Positions 38,843 to 47,793 of a DNA stretch of 64,000 bases are shown piece after piece. Origin of the DNA: an uncultured Candidatus Saccharibacteria bacterium. Lineage in GTDB: Bacteria; Patescibacteriota; Minisyncoccia; Sungbacterales; HO2-52-23. Position 1 is the stretch's first letter, and every line of letters begins with the position of its first letter. A program made the position numbers and the translations under genes. The stretch covers positions 81,337-145,336 of the forward strand of contig CAZPDF010000001.1 of assembly GCA_964585475.1 (NCBI GenBank), written 5' to 3'. The notes under the pieces were generated by a model, which had not been told where the DNA came from, did no database searches, and worked only from the letters and a program-made list of their open reading frames with translations.

Positions 38843-38997
38843 GTGTCACCTCCTATCAAGTCAAGGTACTTGGCAAAAATGTACTATAAATAGAACGTTT
38901 TGTAAAGAAATTAAGTTGCCAAAAATTTTTATGCCCAGTAATACGACTTTCAGCGGTTATTTGTAATTTTCATTCCATTTGTGGTAGTATTGGAGAG

Positions 38998-39216
38998 ATG
39001 AATACCATAACAATTCCTAAAAAAATAGCATCCCGAGATGATCTTATAGTTATTCCACGCAGGGAGTACGAGGCGCTTTTGGAATCGAGAAAGTTTAAAG
39101 AGTTTTCGCCAACTGGGGTACAAAAAAAAGCATTGGCAAGGGCAGAACAGAATTTTCGTAAAGGAAAAACCCTCTCGTATTATGGACTTGTCAAAAAGTT
39201 GGGGTTTGCAGATTGA
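38998..39216 (+). CDS. Putative antitoxin
   Basis: DLIVIPRREYEAL..AL..A....GK; overlaps a RelE-like gene. Confidence 0.65.
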   Translation: MNTITIPKKIASRDDLIVIPRREYEALLESRKFKEFSPTGVQKKALARAEQNFRKGKTLSYYGLVKKLGFAD

Positions 39217-39451
39217 CCCAGGTGTTTTTAAAACTTTCAAGCGGACACCTCGGCATGACGCCGAGGTTCTTCTTGAAGTAATGCGGCTTCTGCCAGTCAA
39301 TCCTTACTTCGGTGATATTCAGAAGATGAAAGGCGAAGATAACGCGTGGCGCCGCCGCATAGGTTCATATAGGATTTTCTATCGAATCAAAATCACCGAA
39401 AAAGTAATCCTGGTATTTCACCTCGAACGGAGAACTTCAAAAACGTATTGA
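39182..39451 (+). CDS. RelE/ParE-family toxin
   Basis: NPY.GDIQKMKG...WRRRIGSYRIFY..ERRTSKTY; start uncertain. Confidence 0.85.
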   Translation: MDLSKSWGLQIDPGVFKTFKRTPRHDAEVLLEVMRLLPVNPYFGDIQKMKGEDNAWRRRIGSYRIFYRIKITEKVILVFHLERRTSKTY

Positions 39452-39461
39452 GTGAGTTCCT

Positions 39462-40610
39462 ATGGGAAATAAAAAAGGACACATTTTGATTACCGGAGGG
39501 GCTGGGTTTATCGGCTTTTATCTTGCCGAATTATTTCGAGAATCCGGATTTTCAGTAAGAATCCTGGACGTTGCTTCGCGTCCTGATGGTTTAGCGAAAG
39601 ACATTGAATACTTCCAGGGTGATGTAACAAGCAAAGGATCATGGAGCCGCGCACTTCAGGGAATAAGCCACGTGTTCCATCTTGCGGCCTATGGCGATAA
39701 CCGTCCGGACTTTCACAAGTGTTTTACCGTAAATGCCGCGGCGTCCGCGCTTCTTTATGAAGTTATAAGAGATGAAAAGTTGCCGGTTAAGCAGATAATT
39801 GTCGCGTCTTCCCAGTCGGTGTACGGAGAAGGGAAATATCTTTGTAAAACTCACGGGGTATTTTATCCCGTCTCAAGAGTAAAGAAAGATTTAGAATCAG
39901 GACTGTGGGATATTCATTGTCCGGAAGACGGCTTGCTGGCAGAAGTTCTGCCGTCCGCAGAAGAAGATAAGCTCTGTCCAGTTTCCCCTTACGGCATATC
40001 GAAGATGGCGGTTGACCACATTGCGCTTACCCTGGGCAGGGAGTTAAACATTCCTTCTGTGGCCCTGCGTTATTCCATGGCAAGCGGAGCGTATCCTTCC
40101 ATGCGCGCAATTTATCCCAATGCCATTAAATATTTCACGGAGCAGGCATTGAAAAATGAATCGATTTCTCTGCATGAAGACGGAAATCAGTCGCGCGATT
40201 TTATAGATATCCGCGACCTTGGAAAAGCCCACCTTGCGGTTTTGGATAATCCGGCTGTATATTTTCAGGCCTTCAATATAGGAAGCGGCAAGTCAATTAA
40301 AATTCGCGATCTTGCAGAGATGGTGTATAAAATTGTCGGAGTCGAATTTACCCCCCCACCAGAAAGACGCACCCAGAAAGACGAAAGCGATTGGCAAAAA
40401 AAGGCGAAGCGTAGAATAGGGGTGCATAGGTATAAACTTATGGTGGGGGGGTTTAAGCCGGTTTTCCGAAATGAGTTCCGTCCCTTTACTCCGCGTCATA
40501 TGGTAATGTCTATTAAAAAAATTAAAGATGTCCTCGGCTGGCGCCCCGTACATACTTTGGAAGAAAGTATCACAGAATATATAACGGCGGTCAAAAATAA
40601 AAGCGCATAA
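39462..40610 (+). CDS. NAD-dependent epimerase/dehydratase with a 35-aa insertion
   Basis: TGGAGFIG, ASSQSVYGEG, YGISK; paralog of 44969..46090. Confidence 0.9.
   Translation: MGNKKGHILITGGAGFIGFYLAELFRESGFSVRILDVASRPDGLAKDIEYFQGDVTSKGSWSRALQGISHVFHLAAYGDNRPDFHKCFTVNAAASALLYEVIRDEKLPVKQIIVASSQSVYGEGKYLCKTHGVFYPVSRVKKDLESGLWDIHCPEDGLLAEVLPSAEEDKLCPVSPYGISKMAVDHIALTLGRELNIPSVALRYSMASGAYPSMRAIYPNAIKYFTEQALKNESISLHEDGNQSRDFIDIRDLGKAHLAVLDNPAVYFQAFNIGSGKSIKIRDLAEMVYKIVGVEFTPPPERRTQKDESDWQKKAKRRIGVHRYKLMVGGFKPVFRNEFRPFTPRHMVMSIKKIKDVLGWRPVHTLEESITEYITAVKNKSA
40351..40451. mobile_element. 101-bp element with CCCCCCCACCA IR and TTTA duplication, in-frame
   Basis: TTTA at 40347-50 and 40452-55; the paralog lacks this segment. 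Confidence 0.92.
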
Positions 40611-40621
40611 AAAGCCTGCAT

Positions 40622-40676
40622 AAAGTTTGTTTTAACATTATTGATGCGGTCGCATCATCGATGTTAAAATAAATTT
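40622..40676. promoter_or_regulatory. Long palindrome upstream of the PaaX-like gene (copy 1)
   Basis: TTTTAACAT..ATGCGGTCGCAT..ATGTTAAAA. Confidence 0.7.
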
Positions 40677-40682
40677 ATCCCC

Positions 40683-41210
40683 ATGGCAAAGTCATTAGTC
40701 CGGGAAATACTGGAACATTTAGCTATCTGTGCCCCCCGCCTGATGGTGGACTCGCTTTTTATTCCTTATGGCCAAAGTTTAGGACGGACTTTGCGGCAGA
40801 TTGAAAAGTTGGCGGCCCTCTGTCCCCACGATTTTTCAGGTCATTCCAGGGGCACCGTCTCGGTCACGCTCCATAGAATGAAAAAGAACAAGTTGGTATC
40901 CATAAGCGGCCCCAAGAAAAAAGCGATATGGCGTATTACGCAGAAAGGAAAAAGCCATTTCAAAAATATAGAAAAGGGAATTAGTCTTCCGCCCGAGGAC
41001 GGAAAGACGCGGGTGATAATGTTCGACATACCCGAAGACAGGCGAGTAGAAAGAAACTGGTTACGCGGGGAATTGTCGGCTTGTGATTATACTCCCCTTC
41101 AAAAGAGTGTTTTTATGGGCACAAGACCGTTGCCGACAAGATTGTTGGAAGAACTCGAGAGTCGGGGGTTGCTTTCTCATATACACGTGGTCGGACTGGA
41201 GAGCGATTAG
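40683..41210 (+). CDS. PaaX-like transcriptional regulator (wHTH plus Cas2-like ferredoxin domain)
   Basis: TL.RM.K..LV...W.IT.KG; DGK.RV.MFDIPE..R..R..LR..L..LQKSVF. Confidence 0.8.
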   Translation: MAKSLVREILEHLAICAPRLMVDSLFIPYGQSLGRTLRQIEKLAALCPHDFSGHSRGTVSVTLHRMKKNKLVSISGPKKKAIWRITQKGKSHFKNIEKGISLPPEDGKTRVIMFDIPEDRRVERNWLRGELSACDYTPLQKSVFMGTRPLPTRLLEELESRGLLSHIHVVGLESD

Positions 41211-41230
41211 AGTCCAAGATTTTATTTTAA

Positions 41231-41272
41231 ATTTTAACATCAAATATGCGGTCGCATGATAGATGTTAAAAT
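41231..41272. promoter_or_regulatory. Long palindrome downstream of the PaaX-like gene (copy 2)
   Basis: ATTTTAACAT..ATGCGGTCGCAT..ATGTTAAAAT. Confidence 0.7.
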
Positions 41273-41376
41273 AAAGTGGTTTCTCTCAAAAGCTTGTAGC
41301 CAGGGTATCTTGTTTACATTGACAGAGGCGGTTCTTAGCGTTAATGTCGATAAGGTCCTTAACGGCGAGATTAGAC

Positions 41377-42198
41377 ATGCACAATTTCAGATATATCGAA
41401 TCTTTATGCGATCTTACGCCCAAAAAAGAAGATGCCCTGCTTCTGGGCGAAGATTTATTTGGGGTTTTTGATGGAGCCGGAAGTTTGGTAAAGTTCGTTG
41501 ACCCCAAAAGAGGAACGGGCGGAAGAATCGCATCCACCATAGCTCGCGACACTTTCTCTCTCCAAGAAGGACCTCTTCGAGATCTTGCTGCGGCGGCTAA
41601 TCGGGAGATCGGGACGCAGATGGTCGCAGCCGGAATTGATATAAGCAAAAAAGTCAATTTGTGGTGCACCACCGCTGCGGTGATAAGGATGCAGGAGGAT
41701 TCGTTCGAGTGGCTGGAGATCGGCGATTCGGCCGTACTTTTGATCAAGGGTGACAGACAGTTTGAACTGCTGGTTGACTATCAAGATCATGACCAGGAAC
41801 TTCTGGCGATTTGCAAAGAACTTGCAGAGAAAGGGGAGAAAGATCCTCATTCTGTAATTGTTGCCAATGGCCAAGCCCAAGCGCTAAAAGAAGATATTAA
41901 CGTAACATACGGTTGCCTGACAGGTGAGGACGAAGCCATGCGATGGGTTAAGTCCGGCACGAGATCTCTTGAGGGGATTGACCACATTCTAATGTTTACC
42001 GATGGCCTGCTGATTCCCAAGGAAGACCCCAAGGCACCGAACGATTGGGAAACGCTTGTACGGCTTTTTCTGGACGGTGGTCTGCGGAACACTGTAAATT
42101 ATGTGAGGGACTTGCAGAACAAAGACCCCTTCTGTTCTAAATATATCCGGTATCATCCGTATGACGACATTGCCGCGATTGCTCTTTCAAGAAAGTAA
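41377..42198 (+). CDS. PP2C-like phosphatase
   Basis: EDA, GVFDGA, IGDS, FTDGL, DDIAAI; TTGACA-17-TAATGT at 41319-41347. Confidence 0.85.
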   Translation: MHNFRYIESLCDLTPKKEDALLLGEDLFGVFDGAGSLVKFVDPKRGTGGRIASTIARDTFSLQEGPLRDLAAAANREIGTQMVAAGIDISKKVNLWCTTAAVIRMQEDSFEWLEIGDSAVLLIKGDRQFELLVDYQDHDQELLAICKELAEKGEKDPHSVIVANGQAQALKEDINVTYGCLTGEDEAMRWVKSGTRSLEGIDHILMFTDGLLIPKEDPKAPNDWETLVRLFLDGGLRNTVNYVRDLQNKDPFCSKYIRYHPYDDIAAIALSRK

Positions 42199-42253
42199 TC
42201 GCCATTTTCAGCCAGCGCCGTTTAAAAGCGGCGACTTTTCACAAAGAGACGCT

Positions 42254-42790
42254 ATGCAAGGACGAGGATACTCACTTTGGTTAATACCTAACGATAGGAA
42301 CCGTGATATTTTCTCGGAAATAATAAAAAAGATTGCCGAGAAAGCCCGCACCCCTTCATTTGCTCCACACATAACGCTTCTGGGTGGAGTTTTGGGCTCC
42401 GAAGATGAGTTGAGAAAGAAAACTAGGTTCTTGATCAAAGAACAATCCGAGTTCCAGATTTCTTTTTCAGGAATTGATTACGAAGATTATTACTTCCGAG
42501 CTTTATTTGTGAGAGCAGAATTAAACGAGTCCCTACGTTTGTTAAATATCCGCGCCAAAGAGATTTTCGGTATGAAAGACGCTCCTTCTTTTTATACGCC
42601 GCACCTGAGTTTGCTATATGGGGACTTCCCTTTAAACTTCAAAAAAGAACTTACCCGTTTTGCTGGAGGAATACCTGCCAGTCTTATCGTGCAAAGAGTA
42701 GATTTGTACAGAACAGAAGGGGAAGTAATCGGATGGCAAAAAGTAGAGGAGTTTCCTTTTCACTTTCAAAACACGACCCAAAATTCTTAA
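42254..42790 (+). CDS. 2H phosphoesterase (cyclic phosphodiesterase-like)
   Basis: YSLWL.P, PHITL and PHLSLLYG motifs. Confidence 0.85.
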   Translation: MQGRGYSLWLIPNDRNRDIFSEIIKKIAEKARTPSFAPHITLLGGVLGSEDELRKKTRFLIKEQSEFQISFSGIDYEDYYFRALFVRAELNESLRLLNIRAKEIFGMKDAPSFYTPHLSLLYGDFPLNFKKELTRFAGGIPASLIVQRVDLYRTEGEVIGWQKVEEFPFHFQNTTQNS

Positions 42791-42919
42791 AGGATTAAAC
42801 TTGATCTAATCTAAAGTGTGTAGGATTATAAAATATGTGTGCACATTACCCGGAGCTCTTGACAAGATGATGGTAGGTGATGTAATCTTGGTTCGGTGCG
42901 CAGAAGGAGACATGCGGCG

Positions 42920-43315
42920 ATGAAATTCCGCGATACGAGCAGATTTGAGCTGAGAATGTGGGGACAGTTGGTTGACGCTCTTTGTCCCATGCGGTTTGAA
43001 AGGGATGCGAACGACAAGGGTCTTTATCATTTTTATAATCAGGATGGTTCATTGTTTGTATCGATCAGACTGACCCGGCAGATGTTTGATGGCGATACCG
43101 GTGGCGAGGTATTTACCGACATGATAGTTGAGGTGATCTCGCCCGACGGGACTTCTATACGTGAGTCCTTTGTGGATGTTCGACGATTCCAAGATGATCC
43201 GCAGCATCCCCTCTGTGATCTTTTTGACTTGGTGCTGTGGCCAAACGATGTAGTTACGCCCAAAGCTCTTTCCCTGCATGCGTTTTTGGGATCGCTAAAT
43301 TTGACGGCGCGATAA
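42920..43315 (+). CDS. Hypothetical protein
   Basis: ORF with AGGAG upstream and TTGACA-18-TAATCT at 42859-42888. Confidence 0.55.
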   Translation: MKFRDTSRFELRMWGQLVDALCPMRFERDANDKGLYHFYNQDGSLFVSIRLTRQMFDGDTGGEVFTDMIVEVISPDGTSIRESFVDVRRFQDDPQHPLCDLFDLVLWPNDVVTPKALSLHAFLGSLNLTAR

Positions 43316-43401
43316 CATCAAGCCGTTTTTATTTTGCCAAAAATTGACAAAGCCGGTACTATTGTGTTACTTTAGTTCAAGGTCATTGGCAGGGGGTTTT
43401 A

Positions 43402-44094
43402 ATGCTAGAATGGCAGCCGACTCCGCTTGAGATGATGTCTGCAATGATGTTTGTTCTTTCCGAAGAACCGGTACCTTCAGACGCTCTATACGTGTTCGGT
43501 TCTATGGCGGATAGAGATCTTGATGCGAGAGAACTTAAAGCCGCGAGCGATCTTTACCAATCGGGGTTCGCTTCAAAGATAGTTGTGCATGGTGCTACCA
43601 TTGCAGAGGTAAGCGAATTATTTGATCTTGAGGGCTACGGATACGAATTCCTGAAAGCTGAACTTGTTAAGCTGGGAGTTCCTGAAGGCGACATTTTGTC
43701 TAATCCTCGTTCTTCTCATACTGCTGGCGAAGCAAGAAACTTCCTGCTTTTGGCTAAAGAGCAGGGATGGGAAAAGGTGACCATTATGGCGTATCCCTTC
43801 CATCAGTTGCGCTGCTTTTTACAGATGATCACGCTTATGGAAGAAACCGGGATACGGCTGAAAGTGTATAACAGAAGTTTTACCCTTCGCGGAGTTGATT
43901 GGCAAAGATCAATTAAGAGAGCCATACGGAAGGGCGCAAATCTTTTGGGTATGATGGACATAAATGAGCCGATGGAAATCCATGCAGCCGCGGATTACGA
44001 GCGCATAGTCAAGTACGCTCAAGATCCGGCCTTAACCGGCGAGCATTATACGCGTCATGCCACGATTCCTGAAATGTTTCGTTACGTTGCATAA
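43402..44094 (+). CDS. YdcF/DUF218-like protein
   Basis: LGVPEGDI, HTAGEA, PFHQLRCF; paralog of 17480..18166. Confidence 0.65.
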   Translation: MLEWQPTPLEMMSAMMFVLSEEPVPSDALYVFGSMADRDLDARELKAASDLYQSGFASKIVVHGATIAEVSELFDLEGYGYEFLKAELVKLGVPEGDILSNPRSSHTAGEARNFLLLAKEQGWEKVTIMAYPFHQLRCFLQMITLMEETGIRLKVYNRSFTLRGVDWQRSIKRAIRKGANLLGMMDINEPMEIHAAADYERIVKYAQDPALTGEHYTRHATIPEMFRYVA

Positions 44095-44235
44095 CGCGAC
44101 GCCATCAAGAGTTAGATCAAGACCAAGATACTCCATCTCAGATGGAGTTTTTTTAGTCCCTGGTTAAAATTTAGCCGAGCCGTTTCAAAAATTTAAAAAG
44201 CCGCTCCTTCGGAGCGACCGTGCGTTTTCTGGATC

Positions 44236-44919
44236 CTAGTATCTTCCAGCAAGAAGGCAGTTGATGCCGTTAATCTCGCGGCTGAAGTTTCGCATGAAAG
44301 CATCGGATCTATGCATCGCAACAATTCGCGGTCTATATGCTTTGGGGTCGGCTTTGAGCACGACGTCTTCGCTGGCAAAGAACTGCAGTTCAAGGTGAGA
44401 AAACTCCGGCTTCACGAGGTGGCGCTGTGCCATGAGAAGGGCGCGTGCGTAGTGGACTGCAACCGTTACTACCCCAACTTTGGTAAAACCGCGTTCCACT
44501 GCTAATTCAAGTATATTCTGGAGCTCGCGGTTGGTATTTGATGGACCATCTACCACCCTATCACGAAGCCACACCAGGATTTCCGGTTTATCTTTGCCGA
44601 TGAGCTGGATGGTAAGCCATTCGCTCATCACTTCACTTTCGCTAGGTGCGTTAATAGATTGAAGATACGGGGAGCGCTGGCCGTAGGCGCAAACCACAAC
44701 CTGAAGTTTTTTTCGGTAATCTTTGCAAAGCTCGAGGCCCGCCAGAAGATTAAGTTCTCCGCCGCCGATCAGGCAGCGTGGATTGCTGTCATCAGCAGGT
44801 GCGCGTACCGGAAGGTGTGCTCCTTTCTCGTCGCAAACCTCCAAATTTTCGGTTAAAACCCATGGTCCATTCGGAGTTAATCTTTGAATGCCTCGTCCAA
44901 GAATGCCAAGTAGCTCCAC
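44236..44919 (-). CDS. Hypothetical protein, distantly DUF218-like
   Basis: LGRG, SESEVM, SNT..EL, VT..VHYARA. Confidence 0.5.
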   Translation of the reverse strand: MELLGILGRGIQRLTPNGPWVLTENLEVCDEKGAHLPVRAPADDSNPRCLIGGGELNLLAGLELCKDYRKKLQVVVCAYGQRSPYLQSINAPSESEVMSEWLTIQLIGKDKPEILVWLRDRVVDGPSNTNRELQNILELAVERGFTKVGVVTVAVHYARALLMAQRHLVKPEFSHLELQFFASEDVVLKADPKAYRPRIVAMHRSDAFMRNFSREINGINCLLAGRY

Positions 44920-44968
44920 CCACGATCTCCTCTGCCTTTAGAGCTTGAAATACTCTATCATGGCTCTA

Positions 44969-46090
44969 TCAAAAAAGCAACCCCTTCTTTTTCATGTCCT
45001 TATCGGTCTTTTCAAGAAATTTTTTTGCTTCGGGATAGTTTTTAACCCACTCAACGTATTCGCGCACGCTCTCTTCCACGTTTCGCTTTGGCCTCCAGCC
45101 AAGTTTCTTTAATTTGGATATGTCCATGATGGAGTGGCGCGTGGTTGCCCAGCGGAAATGCCCTCCGGCATAGATTTTTTTGCGCGGCACGCCCAATGCC
45201 TTTCCTATGGTACGTGCAAGCTCAATCACCGGTATTGATTTTCCGGAACCCACATTAAACGCCTGATAATTTGCGCGGGAATCGCGAAGGACTGTTAGGT
45301 GCGCATCCACGACGTCGTGTACGTTTACGAAGTCGCGAAGCTGTCCTCCGTCCTCATGTGTTATTATGGCTTGGCCCGAAAGACCCATTACAATATAGGC
45401 GCGAATTGCTCCTGAATAAAAATGTCTGAAGGATTGATGAGCCCCCTGCACAATTGAGTAGCGGAGTGCTACCGACGGGATTTTATATAATTTGCCAAGG
45501 GCAAATAGCGCATGCTCGAGTGCCGCTTTCGATGCTCCATAGGCGTGGATTGGTTTTAAGACGTCGTCTTCCTTTTCCGGTAGGGGAGTTACTCGGTGGT
45601 TATCGTAGGGACAAAGAATTTCCCACTGCTTATTTTTAAGAGTTTTTATGGATCGGAAATCTGGATAGATAACCCCGTGTTTTTTGCAACTGTATTTTCC
45701 TTCGCCGTAAACCGATTGGGACGAGGCGGCCACGATTTTTTTAACCGGAAATTTGCTCTTCATGATCGTTTCGTACATCAAGGCGGTTCCCGCGGCGTTC
45801 GTCTCAAAATAAGTGCTGAAGTCGGAAAAAATATCCGTATAGGCCGCAAGGTGAAAAATATAATCAACGCCCTTTAACGCTTTTTCCCAGTCCTTGCGAT
45901 TGCGGACATCCCCATGCAGGAATTCCGCATGCGCATTAAACCACGGAGGCAATTTGCCGTTATGGGCTGGGGGCAAGAGGTTGTCTAAGACGCGGACGCG
46001 GTAGCCGTCTTTAATTAACCTATCGACAAGATGCGAGCCGATGAATCCCGCTCCTCCGGTAACCAAAATTGTTTCTTTCCTTTTGGCCAT
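44969..46090 (-). CDS. NAD-dependent epimerase/dehydratase
   Basis: TGGAGFIGSH, ASSQSVYGEG, YGASK. Confidence 0.92.
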   Translation of the reverse strand: MAKRKETILVTGGAGFIGSHLVDRLIKDGYRVRVLDNLLPPAHNGKLPPWFNAHAEFLHGDVRNRKDWEKALKGVDYIFHLAAYTDIFSDFSTYFETNAAGTALMYETIMKSKFPVKKIVAASSQSVYGEGKYSCKKHGVIYPDFRSIKTLKNKQWEILCPYDNHRVTPLPEKEDDVLKPIHAYGASKAALEHALFALGKLYKIPSVALRYSIVQGAHQSFRHFYSGAIRAYIVMGLSGQAIITHEDGGQLRDFVNVHDVVDAHLTVLRDSRANYQAFNVGSGKSIPVIELARTIGKALGVPRKKIYAGGHFRWATTRHSIMDISKLKKLGWRPKRNVEESVREYVEWVKNYPEAKKFLEKTDKDMKKKGLLF

Positions 46091-46131
46091 TTTTGAACCT
46101 TATCAGGAAATTATTGAAAAGGCAAATAATT

Positions 46132-46262
46132 TAGGACTTACGCGTTTGGCCAATTTCGTCATTCTGAACGAAGTGAAGAATCTCGTTAACCAGACTTTTC
46201 TCGTTATACTGCCATCCGAGATCCTTCGCTAGCGCTCAGGATGACTAAACGCGTAAGTTCTA
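46132..46262. mobile_element. Family F MITE-like element (TAGGACTTACGC ends) containing a family B hairpin
   Basis: TAGGACTTACGCGTTT / AAACGCGTAAGTTCTA; inner GTCATTCTGAACG...CAGGATGAC. Confidence 0.8.
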
Positions 46263-46326
46263 TAACTGTTATGGTGGATCGTCTTTTTCGGTTGTTTTTT
46301 AGCCCCAAAATGCTATATTAAATGCT

Positions 46327-47634
46327 ATGTTTAAGGCGCAAAAGATAGCCGTTATTGGATTGTGGCATTTGGGGGAGACGTTTTCCGTGGGTCTTGCTGA
46401 ATTGGGACACAACGTAACGGGTTTCGATCCGAACCGCGAGGTTGTTGAGAATCTGGAGAAAGGTGTATTGCCGCTCGAGGAGCCCGGGCTTTCTGATCTG
46501 CTTAAGAAAAATCTTAAGGCAGGGCGTTTAAAATTCAGTACTGATTTTAGCGAGGTGGACAGTTGCAATGTTGTCTGGATCACTTTTGATACGCCGGTTA
46601 ATGACGAGGACGAGGCAGATATATCTGTGATATTAAAAACGGTTGAGGACATCCTGTCGTTCCTGCCCGACGGCGTCTTGATCATTTTGTCCAGTCAGTT
46701 GTCGGTCGGAACCTCGGGGCATATAAAAGAGATGATTAAAAAAGGCCGACCGTCTCTTAATTTTGACCTGGCTTACGTTCCGGAAAATCTGCAACTGGGT
46801 CGCGCATTGCAAAGTTTCTTTGAGCCGGAGCGAATTGTAATCGGGGCAGAAAATGAAAAAGTATTTTCTAATATTGAAAGCATCCTCGCGCTTCCCAACA
46901 CTATATTTTTGAGAATGAATTTGGCTTCGGCCGAAGTCGCTAAACACGCCCTGAATGCATTTTTAGCTACCTCGCTCACATTTATTTATGACATTGCTGA
47001 TCTTTGCGAGAAAGTGGGGGCAGATGTTGTGGAAGTTGCCCGCGCTCTTCGTTTGGATCCGCGCATCGGGCCCAGCGCTTACTTGGACGCCTCTATCGGC
47101 TTCTCAGGGGGAACGCTCGGCCGGGATCTTCAAGCCCTTTTGAAAAGAGCTAAGGAAGAGAGCGTTGAATTGCCTGTCATTGCGAGCGTTCTTGCCAAAA
47201 ACAAGTCGCGGCGCGATCTGGTTATAAAAGTGTTGGAGAGGGGTCTGGGGGATTTAGAAGGCAAGACCGTGGGGATCCTCGGCCTTACCTATAAAGCAGG
47301 AACCCCAACTTTAAGGAGGTCTTTGGCTCTTGAGATAGCCGGCAAGCTTAAGGAGGCGGGGGTTATCGTCCGCGCCTCCGATCCACAGGCACGGCGTGAG
47401 GAAGTAAGGAATAAAGGCATCGTTTTTTTCGCCGACCCCTACGAGATGGCGCGAGGCTGCGAAGCCCTGATTTTGGTAACCGCCTGGCCGCAGTTTGGGG
47501 AGATAGACCCGGCAAAACTCCGGGAATTATTGGAAGATCCCAAAATATTTTTTGACACCCGTAATTTTTTAAAAGGAAAAGAAAAAGAGTTTAAAGATGC
47601 CGGGATAAAGTATATTGGTATTGGCCGAGGTTAG
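46327..47634 (+). CDS. UDP-glucose/GDP-mannose dehydrogenase family protein, atypical (no catalytic Cys)
   Basis: EPGL, PENL, AE.AK..LNAFLA, DPRIG, LGLTYK; GFSGGTLGRD where GGSCxxKD is usual. Confidence 0.85.
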   Translation: MFKAQKIAVIGLWHLGETFSVGLAELGHNVTGFDPNREVVENLEKGVLPLEEPGLSDLLKKNLKAGRLKFSTDFSEVDSCNVVWITFDTPVNDEDEADISVILKTVEDILSFLPDGVLIILSSQLSVGTSGHIKEMIKKGRPSLNFDLAYVPENLQLGRALQSFFEPERIVIGAENEKVFSNIESILALPNTIFLRMNLASAEVAKHALNAFLATSLTFIYDIADLCEKVGADVVEVARALRLDPRIGPSAYLDASIGFSGGTLGRDLQALLKRAKEESVELPVIASVLAKNKSRRDLVIKVLERGLGDLEGKTVGILGLTYKAGTPTLRRSLALEIAGKLKEAGVIVRASDPQARREEVRNKGIVFFADPYEMARGCEALILVTAWPQFGEIDPAKLRELLEDPKIFFDTRNFLKGKEKEFKDAGIKYIGIGRG

Positions 47635-47642
47635 ATTTAAGG

Positions 47643-47780
47643 GCGTCGTTTACACTTTTTCGACACGTCTCGCGGATTCCAGCGATCCGCTCGCTAAGGG
47701 TCGGCAACGGTTTCGTCCCGACTAGTCGGGACGAACCAAGCAACCGTCGTCTCCCATTGTCGAAAAAGTGTAAGCAACGC
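47643..47780. mobile_element. Family D element
   Basis: GCGTCGTTTACACTTTTTCGACA / TGTCGAAAAAGTGTAAGCAACGC; inner hairpins. Confidence 0.85.
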
Positions 47781-47793
47781 TCGCTGTTCTTAG

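Noticed and set aside
3451-40451. Inserts as introns, inteins or ribosome-bypass elements
   Set aside because: All mid-gene copies keep the frame and lack stops, which argues that they are translated; no intein or group I/II motifs. RT-PCR or proteomics would be needed to exclude this fully
40683-41210. Cas2/CRISPR system
   Set aside because: Only a Cas2-like fold within a PaaX-type regulator; no repeat-spacer array or cas1 is visible in the window
44092-44115. Stop-codon reassignment
   Set aside because: This is a single TAA case; TGA, TAA and TAG all terminate well-recognised genes elsewhere in the window
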